A DNA stretch of 64,000 bases from an uncultured Syntrophaceae bacterium (GTDB lineage Bacteria; Desulfobacterota; Syntrophia; Syntrophales; UBA2185): NCBI GenBank assembly GCA_964564625.1, contig CAZMBE010000001.1, forward strand, positions 33,143-97,142, read 5' to 3'. Position 1 is the first letter of the stretch. The number at the start of each line of letters is the position of its first letter. This document shows positions 1 through 9,330 of the stretch, piece after piece. The notes under the pieces are model-generated. The model was not told the DNA's origin. It made no database searches and was given only the letters and a program-made list of their open reading frames with translations. The translations under genes were made by a program, and so were the position numbers.

Positions 1-1490
1 TTACGGATCTGAGAAATGAATTGCACAACCACATCCAGCGGCAGTCTCTCTCCTTCTTCTCCAATAATCCGACTGGGGTGCTCATGTCACGCATCACAAG
101 CGATGTAAGCCTTATTCAAGGAGCCGTATCAGAGGCCGTAACGAGCCTTTTAAAAGATTCTTTTACCATTTTAGGCCTTGTTTTTCTGATCTTCTATCGT
201 GACTGGAAACTCGCGGTGATTGCGATGTTTGTCTTTCCGCTGACGATATATCCCATCGCAAAATTCGGAAGAATGATGAGAAATGTGGCAACCCGGACAC
301 AGGTAACCATGGGAAGCCTTACGAGCCTTCTTCAGGAAACCATATCGGGAACAAGAATTGTCAAGGCTTTCGGAATGGAAGAGTACGAGGGGAAAAGATT
401 TGCGAAAGAAAGCGAGGATCTTTTCAAATTATACATGAAATCCGTATCGATAAAGGCTATTTCCCACCCTTTAATGGAATTTCTCGGCGGTATCGCCATC
501 GCGGCTATCGTATTATACGGCGGACTCGAAGTCTTGAAAGGAAATTCGACCCCGGGAAACTTTTTCTCTTTCCTCGCCGCCCTCATCATGCTCTACGAGC
601 CGGTAAAAAGGCTGACCAATGTGAACAACACCATCCAGCAGGGAATCGCCGGCGCGCAGCGTGTCTTCAGCATTATTGACATAGTGCCTGACATCAGAAA
701 CCGAGCAAACGCCATAACTCTGCCGAATATTTCCAAGAGCATTGACATCCAGAACGTCACCTTTTCCTATGACAAAACGCCCGTCCTCAAAAACATCAAC
801 CTTACCATCAAGGCAGGAGAAGTCGTTGCGTTTGTGGGCATGAGCGGAGGAGGAAAGACGACCATGGTCAATTTGATCCCTCGCTTTTACGATGTCGCCG
901 AGGGAAGAATAGTGATAGACGGCCACGATATCCGTGATGTCACAATCGAATCCCTGCGCGGTCAGATCGGCATTGTTACCCAGCAGACTATCCTCTTTAA
1001 CGATACGGTGAGGAACAACATTGCCTACGGCAACATCGAAAATACCGAAGAAAAAATAATCGAAGCCGCGAAAGCCGCCAACGCCCATGATTTCATCACA
1101 AACCTGCCGAACGGATACGATACGCTTATCGGCGAACAGGGGGCAAAGCTCTCCGGCGGAGAGAGACAGCGGATTTCTATCGCCCGGGCATTGCTGAAGG
1201 ACGCCCCCATTCTCATCCTCGACGAAGCGACATCTTCTCTCGACACGGAAGCGGAAATCGAGGTTCAGGATGCCCTGGAAAAGCTCATGCAGGGAAGAAC
1301 AACATTAATAATCGCCCACCGGCTCTCTACTATCCGCAACGCCCATCGTATTATAGTACTGGCAAATGGTGAGATTGTGGAAGAAGGAACCCACGAATCT
1401 CTTATGGGAAAAAAGGGCGAGTACTTCAAATACTACACCATGCAGTTTAAAGATGAAAACAAGAACAGCATTGAAAAGACTGACCAGTAA
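1..1490 (+). CDS. msbA: Lipid A / lipid exporter ABC transporter (permease+ATPase), MsbA-like; 5' end lies outside the window
   Basis: The frame is open to the window edge. The TMD is followed by an NBD with Walker A GMSGGGKTT, ABC signature LSGGERQR and Walker B ILILDEATS. The gene is directly followed by, and overlaps, lpxK, as in the classical msbA-lpxK arrangement. Confidence 0.85.
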   Translation, partial: TDLRNELHNHIQRQSLSFFSNNPTGVLMSRITSDVSLIQGAVSEAVTSLLKDSFTILGLVFLIFYRDWKLAVIAMFVFPLTIYPIAKFGRMMRNVATRTQVTMGSLTSLLQETISGTRIVKAFGMEEYEGKRFAKESEDLFKLYMKSVSIKAISHPLMEFLGGIAIAAIVLYGGLEVLKGNSTPGNFFSFLAALIMLYEPVKRLTNVNNTIQQGIAGAQRVFSIIDIVPDIRNRANAITLPNISKSIDIQNVTFSYDKTPVLKNINLTIKAGEVVAFVGMSGGGKTTMVNLIPRFYDVAEGRIVIDGHDIRDVTIESLRGQIGIVTQQTILFNDTVRNNIAYGNIENTEEKIIEAAKAANAHDFITNLPNGYDTLIGEQGAKLSGGERQRISIARALLKDAPILILDEATSSLDTEAEIEVQDALEKLMQGRTTLIIAHRLSTIRNAHRIIVLANGEIVEEGTHESLMGKKGEYFKYYTMQFKDENKNSIEKTDQ

Positions 1491-2568
1491 ATTGAGAAAA
1501 ATCTGGTATGCTGAGGCAGACGTCTCCTTCATAAACCCCGTGAACCTGATTTTATTCCTGTCATCCTGGATCTATCGTGCAGTGGTCAGCGTGAGAAACA
1601 GGATGTACGATCACGGTATTTTCAGGCAGAATAAATTACCCTGTAAAGTGATCAGTATCGGCAATATAACCGTGGGCGGAACAGGGAAGACGCCTATGGT
1701 GATAATGTTAGCAAAATTGCTGAAACAAAAAGCATACAAACCGGCCATACTGAGCAGGGGATATGGCGGGAACGCAAAATCTCCCATTACTATCGTGTCG
1801 GACGGTCTCAAAATCAGGGTGGGACACGCCGAAGCAGGAGACGAGCCGATTCTTATCGCTCAATCCGTTGAAGGGATACCGGTGATTACGGGTCCCGAAA
1901 GAACCCGCACGGGTGATTATGCTGTGAAAAATCTTGGTGCCGATATTCTGATTCTGGATGACGCCTTTCAGCACAGAAGCATTTTCCGGGATATCGATAT
2001 TGTCCTTCTAAATCGGGAGAAGCCCTTTGGAAACGGATACCTGCTGCCCATGGGACCTCTCCGTGAACCCCCGGACGCGCTGAATCGGGCTCATTTCCAG
2101 ATCTGGAAAGACGCTGCCGTTGACGGTCGCTTCCCGAAATACTGCGAGCAGGGCATAGGCACGTTTTTTCCGGTGCTGTCCGGATACCTGAGACCCAAAG
2201 ATATTCTCCAGGGAAGCACGGGAACTTTCCTTCCAACAGAACACATTCGCGGAAAGAAAATCTGCGCCTTTGCGGGGGTCGGTTCACCGGAAAACTTCGA
2301 AGAAACCATCGCGTCGCTCGGCGGAACACTTGTCAGTTTTTTACCCTTCCCTGACCACCACCGCTACACACAGGACGACATCGCCGAGATACGCAGAGAG
2401 ATGTCGGCATCAGGCGCTGAATGCATCCTGACGACGGAAAAAGATGGTATACGCCTGAACGACTTCCCGGACTTTCTGAAAGACGTTCTCATTTTAAGGG
2501 TAGAAATGGATATGCTTCCTTCCCAGGAGAAATTTGCGGCACTAATCATTGATAGATTAAAGAAATGA
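1453..2568 (+). CDS. lpxK: Tetraacyldisaccharide 4'-kinase
   Basis: The N-terminal membrane helix is followed by the LpxK-type P-loop GNITVGGTGKTP. The ATG at 1453 (MKTRT...) is preferred over the longer tracked ORF start at 1366, which lies deep inside msbA. The stop overlaps the next gene (ATGA at 2565). Confidence 0.85.
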   Translation: MKTRTALKRLTSKLRKIWYAEADVSFINPVNLILFLSSWIYRAVVSVRNRMYDHGIFRQNKLPCKVISIGNITVGGTGKTPMVIMLAKLLKQKAYKPAILSRGYGGNAKSPITIVSDGLKIRVGHAEAGDEPILIAQSVEGIPVITGPERTRTGDYAVKNLGADILILDDAFQHRSIFRDIDIVLLNREKPFGNGYLLPMGPLREPPDALNRAHFQIWKDAAVDGRFPKYCEQGIGTFFPVLSGYLRPKDILQGSTGTFLPTEHIRGKKICAFAGVGSPENFEETIASLGGTLVSFLPFPDHHRYTQDDIAEIRREMSASGAECILTTEKDGIRLNDFPDFLKDVLILRVEMDMLPSQEKFAALIIDRLKK

Positions 2569-3431
2569 AGAAAACGGTAACGACAGACATTATATTGAAA
2601 TGCGTTGGCGCCGTTCCCCGCACACTGAGAAGAGGCTTTTTTGTCGGCATGTTTCGCCTTTTTTACTATCTTTCCCCGAAACGGAGATTGATTACGCTAC
2701 ACAACCTCAGATGCGCCTTCCCGGAAAAAAGCATGACGGAAATCAAAAAGATCGCCAAGGGCGCATACATTACCCTGGGCATATCATCGGCGGACTTCTT
2801 TGAAATCCCCTCTTTAACAAAGGACAACATCGGCGATTTCGTGGATGTTGAAGGACTCGAACACTGCACAAAGGCCCTGGAAAAGAACAGGGGAATGCTG
2901 ATGCTTGGCGCCCACTTCGGCAACTGGGAACTTGCTGCGGCAGCGTTTTCACTGGTGTTTAAACCCGCCGTTATTACCTATCGTCCTCTGGACAGTCCCA
3001 CTCTCGATAATCTGGTATTATGGGTAAGATCATCCAGTGGTAACATCCTTATAGACAAGAAACGCGCAATGAGAAAAATGCTCAGGAGTCTTGCACATAA
3101 CGAGATTGTTGCAACCATGATTGATCAGAACATGTCCCGGCGGGAGGGGGTGTTTGTCGATTTTTTTGGCCGGCCCGCCTGTACCACCACCGGCCTCGCG
3201 CTTATTTCCCTGCATACGGAAACACCGGTGATCCCAGCGTATATAGTAAGACTGGAAAATGGAAGGTACAAGCTGATTATCAGAGAGGCGATACAAATCG
3301 TCCACACTGGCAATGAAGATAAAGACGTGCATGTCAATACCCAGAATTTTACACGGGTCGTCGAAGACATAGTCAGAGAATACCCGGAGCAGTGGTTCTG
3401 GCTGCATCAAAGATGGAAGACAAAACCCTGA
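2565..3431 (+). CDS. Lipid A late (lauroyl/myristoyl-type) acyltransferase, LpxL/HtrB family
   Basis: 288 aa with an N-terminal hydrophobic anchor and the HFGNWE acyltransferase motif. The gene sits between lpxK and waaF. Confidence 0.75.
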   Translation: MKKTVTTDIILKCVGAVPRTLRRGFFVGMFRLFYYLSPKRRLITLHNLRCAFPEKSMTEIKKIAKGAYITLGISSADFFEIPSLTKDNIGDFVDVEGLEHCTKALEKNRGMLMLGAHFGNWELAAAAFSLVFKPAVITYRPLDSPTLDNLVLWVRSSSGNILIDKKRAMRKMLRSLAHNEIVATMIDQNMSRREGVFVDFFGRPACTTTGLALISLHTETPVIPAYIVRLENGRYKLIIREAIQIVHTGNEDKDVHVNTQNFTRVVEDIVREYPEQWFWLHQRWKTKP

Positions 3432-3470
3432 CAGACTCAAGGGCGCTTAACGAAACAGGCTTATGAACTC

Positions 3471-4526
3471 ATGAAAGTAAGGATCTCCACGCGCCGGAAT
3501 TTCACCGGGGCGAAGAATATACTCATTCGCGGAACAAACTGGATCGGCGACGCCGTCATGACCATCCCCGCTGTCAACGCCGTCAGGAATACCTTCCCGC
3601 AAGCCAGAATTTGCATACTTGCCAAACCCTGGCTTGCCGAAGTGTACCGGCTTTGTCCCTCCCTGGACGAGATTATCCTTTTTCACGATCCAGGTTTTCA
3701 TTCAGGCATCACGGGAAAAATCAAACTGGGCAATGAACTGAGAAAATTAAAATTCGACGCAGCAATCCTGCTGCAAAACGCCATCGAGGCGGCTATCATC
3801 ACATGGTGGGCGGGAATCCCCATCAGGGCGGGATACAATTCCGACGGAAGGGGGCTGTTATTGACCCACTCCGTCCAAAGGACGACAGCAATCAGAAAAG
3901 TACACCAGACCAAATATTATCTGGAAATGGTCAAAGCGTTAGGATGTCAATCGGCAGAAACGAACGTCCATCTTAAGCCGGGGAAGGAATATGAAACTTT
4001 ATCGGAAACGTTATTTGATGAGCACGGAATCGGAAGAGATACCTTTTTCATTGGTATAGCCCCCGGGGCTGCGTATGGCCCGGCAAAGAGATGGTTCCCG
4101 GAAAGTTTTGCTGCCGTAGCCGACAGATTGATGGATGATTTTTCCGCACAGGCACTTCTCTTCGGAAGTTCCGCGGACAGGAAAAGCACCGACGCGGTGC
4201 AGCGCAATGCCACTCACCCGTTGATCAATCTGGCAGGGAAAACGAATCTGAAGGAAACCATTGCCATGATTGCGAGGTGTAACCTTTTCATCTCCAACGA
4301 CTCCGGTTTAATGCATGTCGCCGGCGCCTTACATATTCCCACGGTGGCTATTTTTGGTTCAACAAATCCCATTACCACCTCCCCTGCGGGAGATAAAAGC
4401 GTGGTTGTCTATAAAGGAGCTTCATGCAGTCCATGCCTCAAGGAGACATGCCCGACGGATTTCCGATGCATGGAAATGGTTACTGTAGAGGAAGTGTATG
4501 AAACAGCCAAGAGGCTATTGAGTTAA
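3471..4526 (+). CDS. waaF: ADP-heptose:LPS heptosyltransferase II (GT9)
   Basis: The N-terminus ILIRGTNWIGDAVMTIPA is typical of the WaaF/RfaF branch of GT9. The C-terminus carries SNDSGLMHVA...FGSTNP. Neighbours are LPS core genes. Confidence 0.8.
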   Translation: MKVRISTRRNFTGAKNILIRGTNWIGDAVMTIPAVNAVRNTFPQARICILAKPWLAEVYRLCPSLDEIILFHDPGFHSGITGKIKLGNELRKLKFDAAILLQNAIEAAIITWWAGIPIRAGYNSDGRGLLLTHSVQRTTAIRKVHQTKYYLEMVKALGCQSAETNVHLKPGKEYETLSETLFDEHGIGRDTFFIGIAPGAAYGPAKRWFPESFAAVADRLMDDFSAQALLFGSSADRKSTDAVQRNATHPLINLAGKTNLKETIAMIARCNLFISNDSGLMHVAGALHIPTVAIFGSTNPITTSPAGDKSVVVYKGASCSPCLKETCPTDFRCMEMVTVEEVYETAKRLLS

Positions 4527-4560
4527 TAACCCTGTTGCGAGGGAACGAACATTGTGGCCC

Positions 4561-4598
4561 GTCATTGCGAGGAAGCCGAAGGCTGACGTGGCAATCTC
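4561..4598 (+). repeat. Hairpin repeat copy 1 (gtcattgcgag-N19-gcaatctc), left arm of the GIY-YIG element
   Basis: Read directly from the sequence. The internal ATTGC/GCAAT can pair. A partial extra copy (gttgcgagggaacgaac) lies just upstream at about 4534-4550. Confidence 0.8.
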
Positions 4599-4605
4599 AA
4601 AGATA

Positions 4606-4797
4606 ATGAAAAAGGAATATTACGTTTACATCATGACCAACAAGGATAACAATGTTTTATACACTGGTGTAACCTATAATCTGAAAAAAAGAGTTTACGA
4701 ACATAAAGAAAAATTGGGTGCTGGGTCAAGACAGAAGAAAATTAATTTGGTTAACAGTATAAATAGAAAATGGATAGACCTGTATGAAGAATTATGA
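4606..4797 (+). CDS. GIY-YIG nuclease-domain protein (UPF0213-like), apparently internally deleted and degenerate
   Basis: From the ATG at 4606 the protein reads MKKEYYVYIMTNKDNNVLYTGVTYNLKKRVYEHKEK... This gives the GIY (YVY), YIG (LYTGVT) and R..YEH motifs, and the family-typical tail ...RKWIDLYEEL. At only 63 aa, the central segment that normally carries the conserved Glu appears to be missing. The tracked N-terminal extension from 4552 is merely a translation of the repeat arm. Confidence 0.6.
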   Translation: MKKEYYVYIMTNKDNNVLYTGVTYNLKKRVYEHKEKLGAGSRQKKINLVNSINRKWIDLYEEL

Positions 4798-5422
4798 GAG
4801 ATTGCTTCGCTCTGCTCGCAATGACTCTTTGAAAAAAAATACGGCGGTTTTTCTCGACAGGGATGGGACAATAAACGAAGAGGTAGGGTACTTAGACAGT
4901 ATGGACAAACTGAACCTGTTTGCCAACACCGCCGAAGCCATCAAGTTGATCAACAAAAGCGGTATGAAAGCCGTGGTGATTACCAATCAGTCCGGAGTCG
5001 CAAGGGGATACTTCACAGAGGAATTCGTCAGGACGGTTCATGCATGCATTCAGAAGACCCTTCAAGAGAAAGGCGCATTCATTGATGCCTTCTATTACTG
5101 CCCCCATCACCAGACGGAAGGCGTCGGGGTGTATCTCCAGTACTGCACGTGCAGAAAACCTGAGGCAGGAATGCTCTTCGCAGCATCGGCGGATATGGAC
5201 ATCGACCTTGCACGCTCTTACACAGTAGGGGATATGCTCAAGGACATTCAGGCGGCATATAAGGTCAAAGCAAAAGGCGTGCTGGTAAAAACAGGCTATG
5301 GTGTGAACACTATCGAGAAAGAATTACCACCGGAATCAGCGGGAATCATCCGGCCCCACTACATCGCCGAAGATATATTGGATGCGGTGACGTGGATTAT
5401 GGAAGACAGGTTGAGAGTGTGA
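4784..5422 (+). CDS. gmhB: D-glycero-D-manno-heptose 1,7-bisphosphate 7-phosphatase (HAD-IIIA)
   Basis: HAD motif I is FLDRDGTIN. The Zn-binding insertion CPHH...CTCRKP and the motif GD..D are present. The start is uncertain. The ATG at 4784 makes codons 5-14 (ERLLRSARND) a translation of the repeat arm, while the in-frame TTG at 4829 (LKKNTAVFLDRDGT) lies just past the repeat. Confidence 0.85.
   Translation: MKNYERLLRSARNDSLKKNTAVFLDRDGTINEEVGYLDSMDKLNLFANTAEAIKLINKSGMKAVVITNQSGVARGYFTEEFVRTVHACIQKTLQEKGAFIDAFYYCPHHQTEGVGVYLQYCTCRKPEAGMLFAASADMDIDLARSYTVGDMLKDIQAAYKVKAKGVLVKTGYGVNTIEKELPPESAGIIRPHYIAEDILDAVTWIMEDRLRV
4798..4825 (-). repeat. Hairpin repeat copy 2 (inverted orientation), right arm of the GIY-YIG element
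   Basis: gagattgcttcgctctgctcgcaatgac; its reverse complement is gtcattgcgagcagagcgaagcaatctc. Confidence 0.8.
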
Positions 5423-6474
5423 ACATCCTTATCGTAAAATTAAGCGCTATAGGAGATGTTGTCCACACACTTCCTTCCTTAGCCGCGCTCAGAAAGCTCT
5501 ACCCCGATGCGCATATCACGTGGGTCATTGAAGAGGCATCATCAGACCTTATTCAGGACCACCCGTATCTGGACAGGGTTATTGTTTCTCGTCGAAAAAG
5601 ATGGGTGGATGAGTTGAAACAGGGACGGATCGATACACCTCTGCGTGAAATGAAATCCTTCATCCACGATCTTAAAGGGCGTCCCTACGATCTGGTGATT
5701 GATTTCCACGGGCTCTTCAAAAGCGCCATGATTGTTTTCCTCAGTTCCGGGAAAAGAAAGCTTGGCTACGACAGCATGCAGGAATTGAGCGGTTTGTTTC
5801 TCAATGAAAAAATTCCAGAGGATATGGGGAAACATGCCGTTGACCGGTACCTCGATTTCCCCCGTTATTTAGGCGCCCATGTGAACGAACCGGAATTTTT
5901 GATTCCCATAGGAGAAGAACACAGAACTAGAGTGGAAAGACTTTTATTGATTAACGGTATTAGCAAACAAGACAGGTTTGTGACAGTAAGCCCCGTAGCG
6001 TTATGGGACACAAAACTATGGGAAGATAAAAAATTCGCTCTGTTGTGTAACCGGATCACGGAAGAGTTAAATGTCCGGGTGGTTTTTACCGGTAGCGACC
6101 GCGGAAAGCTGGAACATGTTCAATCCATGATGAGTGTTTCTTCCATCAACCTGGGAGGTAAAACAACGCTGAGAGACCTGGCCTATGTATATCGCTTGGC
6201 TTCTCTCATGATCACAACTGACTCCGGTCCGATGCACATCGCGGCGGCGGCTGGAACTCCCGTCGTCGCTATTTTCGGTCCTACCGATCCGATGCGAACG
6301 GGACCTTACGGGAAAGGGCATAAAGTCATACGTAAAGAGTTCTCATGCAGTCCCTGCTTCCTGAAAAAGTGCGACACAAAGAAATGCATGCGGGATATTA
6401 TCGTAGAAGAGGTTTTCAACGTGGTAAAAGAAAAATTAGCGGAGATTAATAAAGAAAAGGAAAAGGAGGAATAG
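5419..6474 (+). CDS. waaC: LPS heptosyltransferase, GT9 (WaaC/RfaC-like heptosyltransferase I family)
   Basis: The N-terminus ILIVKLSAIGDVVHTLP and the segment TTDSGPMHIAAA...FGPTDP are typical of this family. The GTG at 5419 overlaps the gmhB stop (GTGA). The alternative start is the tracked 5392. Confidence 0.7.
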   Translation: MNILIVKLSAIGDVVHTLPSLAALRKLYPDAHITWVIEEASSDLIQDHPYLDRVIVSRRKRWVDELKQGRIDTPLREMKSFIHDLKGRPYDLVIDFHGLFKSAMIVFLSSGKRKLGYDSMQELSGLFLNEKIPEDMGKHAVDRYLDFPRYLGAHVNEPEFLIPIGEEHRTRVERLLLINGISKQDRFVTVSPVALWDTKLWEDKKFALLCNRITEELNVRVVFTGSDRGKLEHVQSMMSVSSINLGGKTTLRDLAYVYRLASLMITTDSGPMHIAAAAGTPVVAIFGPTDPMRTGPYGKGHKVIRKEFSCSPCFLKKCDTKKCMRDIIVEEVFNVVKEKLAEINKEKEKEE

Positions 6475-6476
6475 AA

Positions 6477-6647
6477 GTGGGGATCAGTAAAAAACTCCTG
6501 GCTATTTTAGCATGCCCCAAGTGCAAGGGGGACATTTACCTGAACCAGGGAGAGGACGGGTTGATCTGTGAGAAATGCAAGCTTCTCTATGAGATTAAAG
6601 ACGATATCCCGATCATGCTGATTGACGAAGCAAAACAACTTTCATAA
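6477..6647 (+). CDS. Trm112/YcaR (UPF0434) family zinc-ribbon protein, 56 aa
   Basis: This ORF is too short for the ORF track. A GTG start follows the SD aggagga. The translation is VGISKKLLAILACPKCKGDIYLNQGEDGLICEKCKLLYEIKDDIPIMLIDEAKQLS, with CPxC...CxxC and a DIP(I/V)ML tail. In E. coli, ycaR lies downstream of msbA-lpxK. Confidence 0.75.
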   Translation: MGISKKLLAILACPKCKGDIYLNQGEDGLICEKCKLLYEIKDDIPIMLIDEAKQLS

Positions 6648-6810
6648 TAGCCTTTCACTACCAATGTGAGAAACCTTTGAAAAATGTCCGGTAGTGTGAT
6701 CATGAATGATCATGCATACAAGAGGTCCTTCCCATCTTTTTCTTGACAAATATCTTCAAAACCATGGTAGTCTGAATGCCGGAATAAATTTTCAAGTGTA
6801 TGTAAGAGTC

Positions 6811-7989
6811 ATGCCAAAAATTATCAACCGTTACATTCTGAGAGAAATTTCTTATCCGTTCCTCATGATCGTTTTTGTTTTGACCTTTGTCCTGCTTATG
6901 GGGAAAATTCTCCAGTTAATGGATCTGATGGTTAATAAGGGCGTGAGTTTCATCGATATATCGAAACTATTTCTCTTGTTAACACCATCCTTTTTGATAT
7001 TAACCATTCCCATATCGCTGCTGATATCGATACTGATCGGCTTAGGCAGGTTATCAGGTGACAATGAAATAACAATTTTAAAGGCATCCGGCATAAGTTT
7101 ATACAAACTCATCCCTCCTGTTGCCTTCGCAACATTCATCGCCTTTATATTGACAGCCGTGATGAGCATCTTCTTCGTTCCCCATAGTCAATACGCAACG
7201 AAGAATCTGCTTTTTACCATCGCTAAGAAAAAGGCCAGCGTAGGTATAAAAGAAAAAGTATTCAATGATGATTTTAAGGGTATTCTCCTTTATGCGGACA
7301 ATATCCCCGTGCACGGTAATTACATGGAGGGCGTCATCATCTCAGAAGAAAGCATTACCAAAGAACCAAGCACCATTATCGCGAAGAGAGCGTATCTTGT
7401 ATCAGATCCTACAATGATGACGGTAACCCTGAGACTCGAAAACGGCAGTACGCACAGCGTCGATATGAAACAGAAGAATTATCGGAAAATGGATTTCAGC
7501 GTGTATGACATTAATCTCGATTTAGAATCCTCGCTTGGAGAAGAAAAGAAAGTCATAACAAAGAAGGTCTCCGAGATGACTATGTGGGAAATTGCTGAAA
7601 ATCTAAAAAAGGCCGGCGTAGAAGAAAAATTTTTCAGGGAGCTGTCCATTGAATTGAATAAGACAATCGCTACCCCCATTGCATGCATTGTCTTTGGTAT
7701 TCTGGGAATTCCCTTAGGCATAAGATCGCACAGAGCTGTAAAATCGAGGGGATTCACTGTGGGGATCTTTACAGTGTTTATCTATTACATCCTTCGTCTC
7801 GGCGGAGAGGCCCTTGCGTCAACCGGCAGGCTTTCGCCTTTTATTGGAACATGGGCTCCAAATATTATTTTCTGTATGGCTGGAACCTATCTTTTGATTA
7901 AGGCGGCGCAAGATAGACCTCTCAACATTCAGGCAATAGGCACCTTTGCAAAGAAGCTCATCGGCAAAAAAAAGGCCATTGATTCATGA
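6811..7989 (+). CDS. lptF: LPS export ABC permease LptF (YjgP/YjgQ family)
   Basis: From the ATG at 6811 the family-typical N-terminus reads MPKIINRYILREISYPF. The protein has 6 TM helices with a large periplasmic insert. It overlaps lptG (ATGA at 7986). Confidence 0.8.
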   Translation: MPKIINRYILREISYPFLMIVFVLTFVLLMGKILQLMDLMVNKGVSFIDISKLFLLLTPSFLILTIPISLLISILIGLGRLSGDNEITILKASGISLYKLIPPVAFATFIAFILTAVMSIFFVPHSQYATKNLLFTIAKKKASVGIKEKVFNDDFKGILLYADNIPVHGNYMEGVIISEESITKEPSTIIAKRAYLVSDPTMMTVTLRLENGSTHSVDMKQKNYRKMDFSVYDINLDLESSLGEEKKVITKKVSEMTMWEIAENLKKAGVEEKFFRELSIELNKTIATPIACIVFGILGIPLGIRSHRAVKSRGFTVGIFTVFIYYILRLGGEALASTGRLSPFIGTWAPNIIFCMAGTYLLIKAAQDRPLNIQAIGTFAKKLIGKKKAIDS

Positions 7990-9068
7990 CTATTTTAGAT
8001 CGCTATGTAACAAAAGAATTCATCGGTATATTTTTTCTCGTTCTCCTTTTGTTCACATCACTGTTCATGATCGTTGAATTTTTTGAAAGAATTAGAATGT
8101 TTTTGAGCCATAAAGCCTCTCTGTACCAGATCGTATCGTATCTTTTTTTCAGAATCCCGATGATTGTTTCACTGGTTATTCCGGCTTCAGTATTGCTCGC
8201 CTCTCTCATAGCCTTCAGCTCTCTCTCGAAAAACTGTGAAATTGTTGCCATGAAAGCGAACGGGATGAGTCTTTACAGAACATCACTGCCCGTGATTATC
8301 ACGTCTGTGTTGATTTGTGTCCTCGCCTTTCTTAACAGCGAATTCATTGCGCCATACAGTAACCAGAAGGCAGAACACATCAAATCAGTGGAAATACAAA
8401 AGAGGGAGCCTATGGGAACGTTCAAACAGAACCAGCTCTGGTACAGGGGCAAAGACGGCATTTACAATTTCAAGATGTTCGATCCACAAACGAATACACT
8501 ACAAGGAATTACGATAAACTATTTAGACAAGGACTTTACTTTGAAGATGCGGATTGACGCTGAAAAAGCCGAGTGGAAAGATGGGCAATGGGTCTTTTAC
8601 AACCTGTTGACCACTCGGTTCACGCAAGGTGACTTCCCCTCCCTCGAACATATTTCTACAAAAGTGATTGACCTCCCGGAAAAACCATCGGATTTCAATA
8701 TTATTCAAAAAAAAACCGATACTATGGGGTATGAAGAGCTTAGAAAGTACGTCAAAAAGATTCAATCCGAAGGATATGATGCCACACGTTATATTGTTGA
8801 TATGCATGGAAAGATAGCCTTTGCGCTCGTCAGCATCATTCTTGTCATTATTGGCATTTCATTTTCTCTCATGAAAACGGAACGGAGCGGCGGTATCATG
8901 CAGAGTATCGGGGTCGGCATTGTCATCGGATTTTCTTATTGGATTGTCCATGCCTTCGCCCTGTCTGTGGGCCGTTCCGGCACCATACCTCCTATGGTGT
9001 CAGCATGGTTTGCAAACGTTGTATTGGGCATCGCCTCCACGATCATGTTCCTCCGCGTCAAAACCTGA
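7986..9068 (+). CDS. lptG: LPS export ABC permease LptG (YjgP/YjgQ family)
   Basis: The N-terminus is MTILDRYVTKEFIG. The architecture parallels LptF, to which it is translationally coupled. Confidence 0.8.
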   Translation: MTILDRYVTKEFIGIFFLVLLLFTSLFMIVEFFERIRMFLSHKASLYQIVSYLFFRIPMIVSLVIPASVLLASLIAFSSLSKNCEIVAMKANGMSLYRTSLPVIITSVLICVLAFLNSEFIAPYSNQKAEHIKSVEIQKREPMGTFKQNQLWYRGKDGIYNFKMFDPQTNTLQGITINYLDKDFTLKMRIDAEKAEWKDGQWVFYNLLTTRFTQGDFPSLEHISTKVIDLPEKPSDFNIIQKKTDTMGYEELRKYVKKIQSEGYDATRYIVDMHGKIAFALVSIILVIIGISFSLMKTERSGGIMQSIGVGIVIGFSYWIVHAFALSVGRSGTIPPMVSAWFANVVLGIASTIMFLRVKT

Positions 9069-9330
9069 TCCCCTGATTTAGTCAACCCGGACTCCACGGC
9101 GGGAATAGAAATTCTATTGTCTATGATTGCGTTTTCAGTAGTGATGAAGAAAATGGATGAGTCGGTAAGCCTTTCTTATGGGGGTGAGGATGGAATTTCA
9201 GATTGGATTTAGGACAAGGATATCGCAGGGCGGGATGATATTGATGAAAAAGATGCCGGAACGAACCGGGGGTGATTATTTTTTTTAAATTTACATGATG
9301 TTGATGGCTGACCATCATGGAAAAAAATCG

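Larger units (their letters stand above)
4561..4825 (+). mobile_element. Miniature GIY-YIG element: a decayed GIY-YIG ORF bracketed by imperfect inverted repeats
   Basis: The left arm gtcattgcgag...gcaatctc (4561-4598) and right arm gagattgc...ctcgcaatgac (4798-4825) are reverse complements at both their outer 11-mers and inner 8-mers. They bracket the small GIY-YIG ORF, inserted between waaF and gmhB. Confidence 0.55.

Noticed and set aside
4552-4605. N-terminal extension MWPVIARKPKADVAISKI of the tracked GIY-YIG ORF.
   Set aside because: These codons are simply the translation of the left repeat arm (gtcattgcgag...gcaatctc). The family-typical protein starts at MKKEYYVYIM (4606).
9121-9318. 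A 65-aa minus-strand ORF in the lptG/capD-like convergent spacer, plus the weak hairpins ccgg-aacgaa-ccgg+T8 and catgatg...catcatg.
   Set aside because: The ORF is His/Pro-rich with no support. The hairpins are short (4-7 bp), so calling them terminators would be guesswork.
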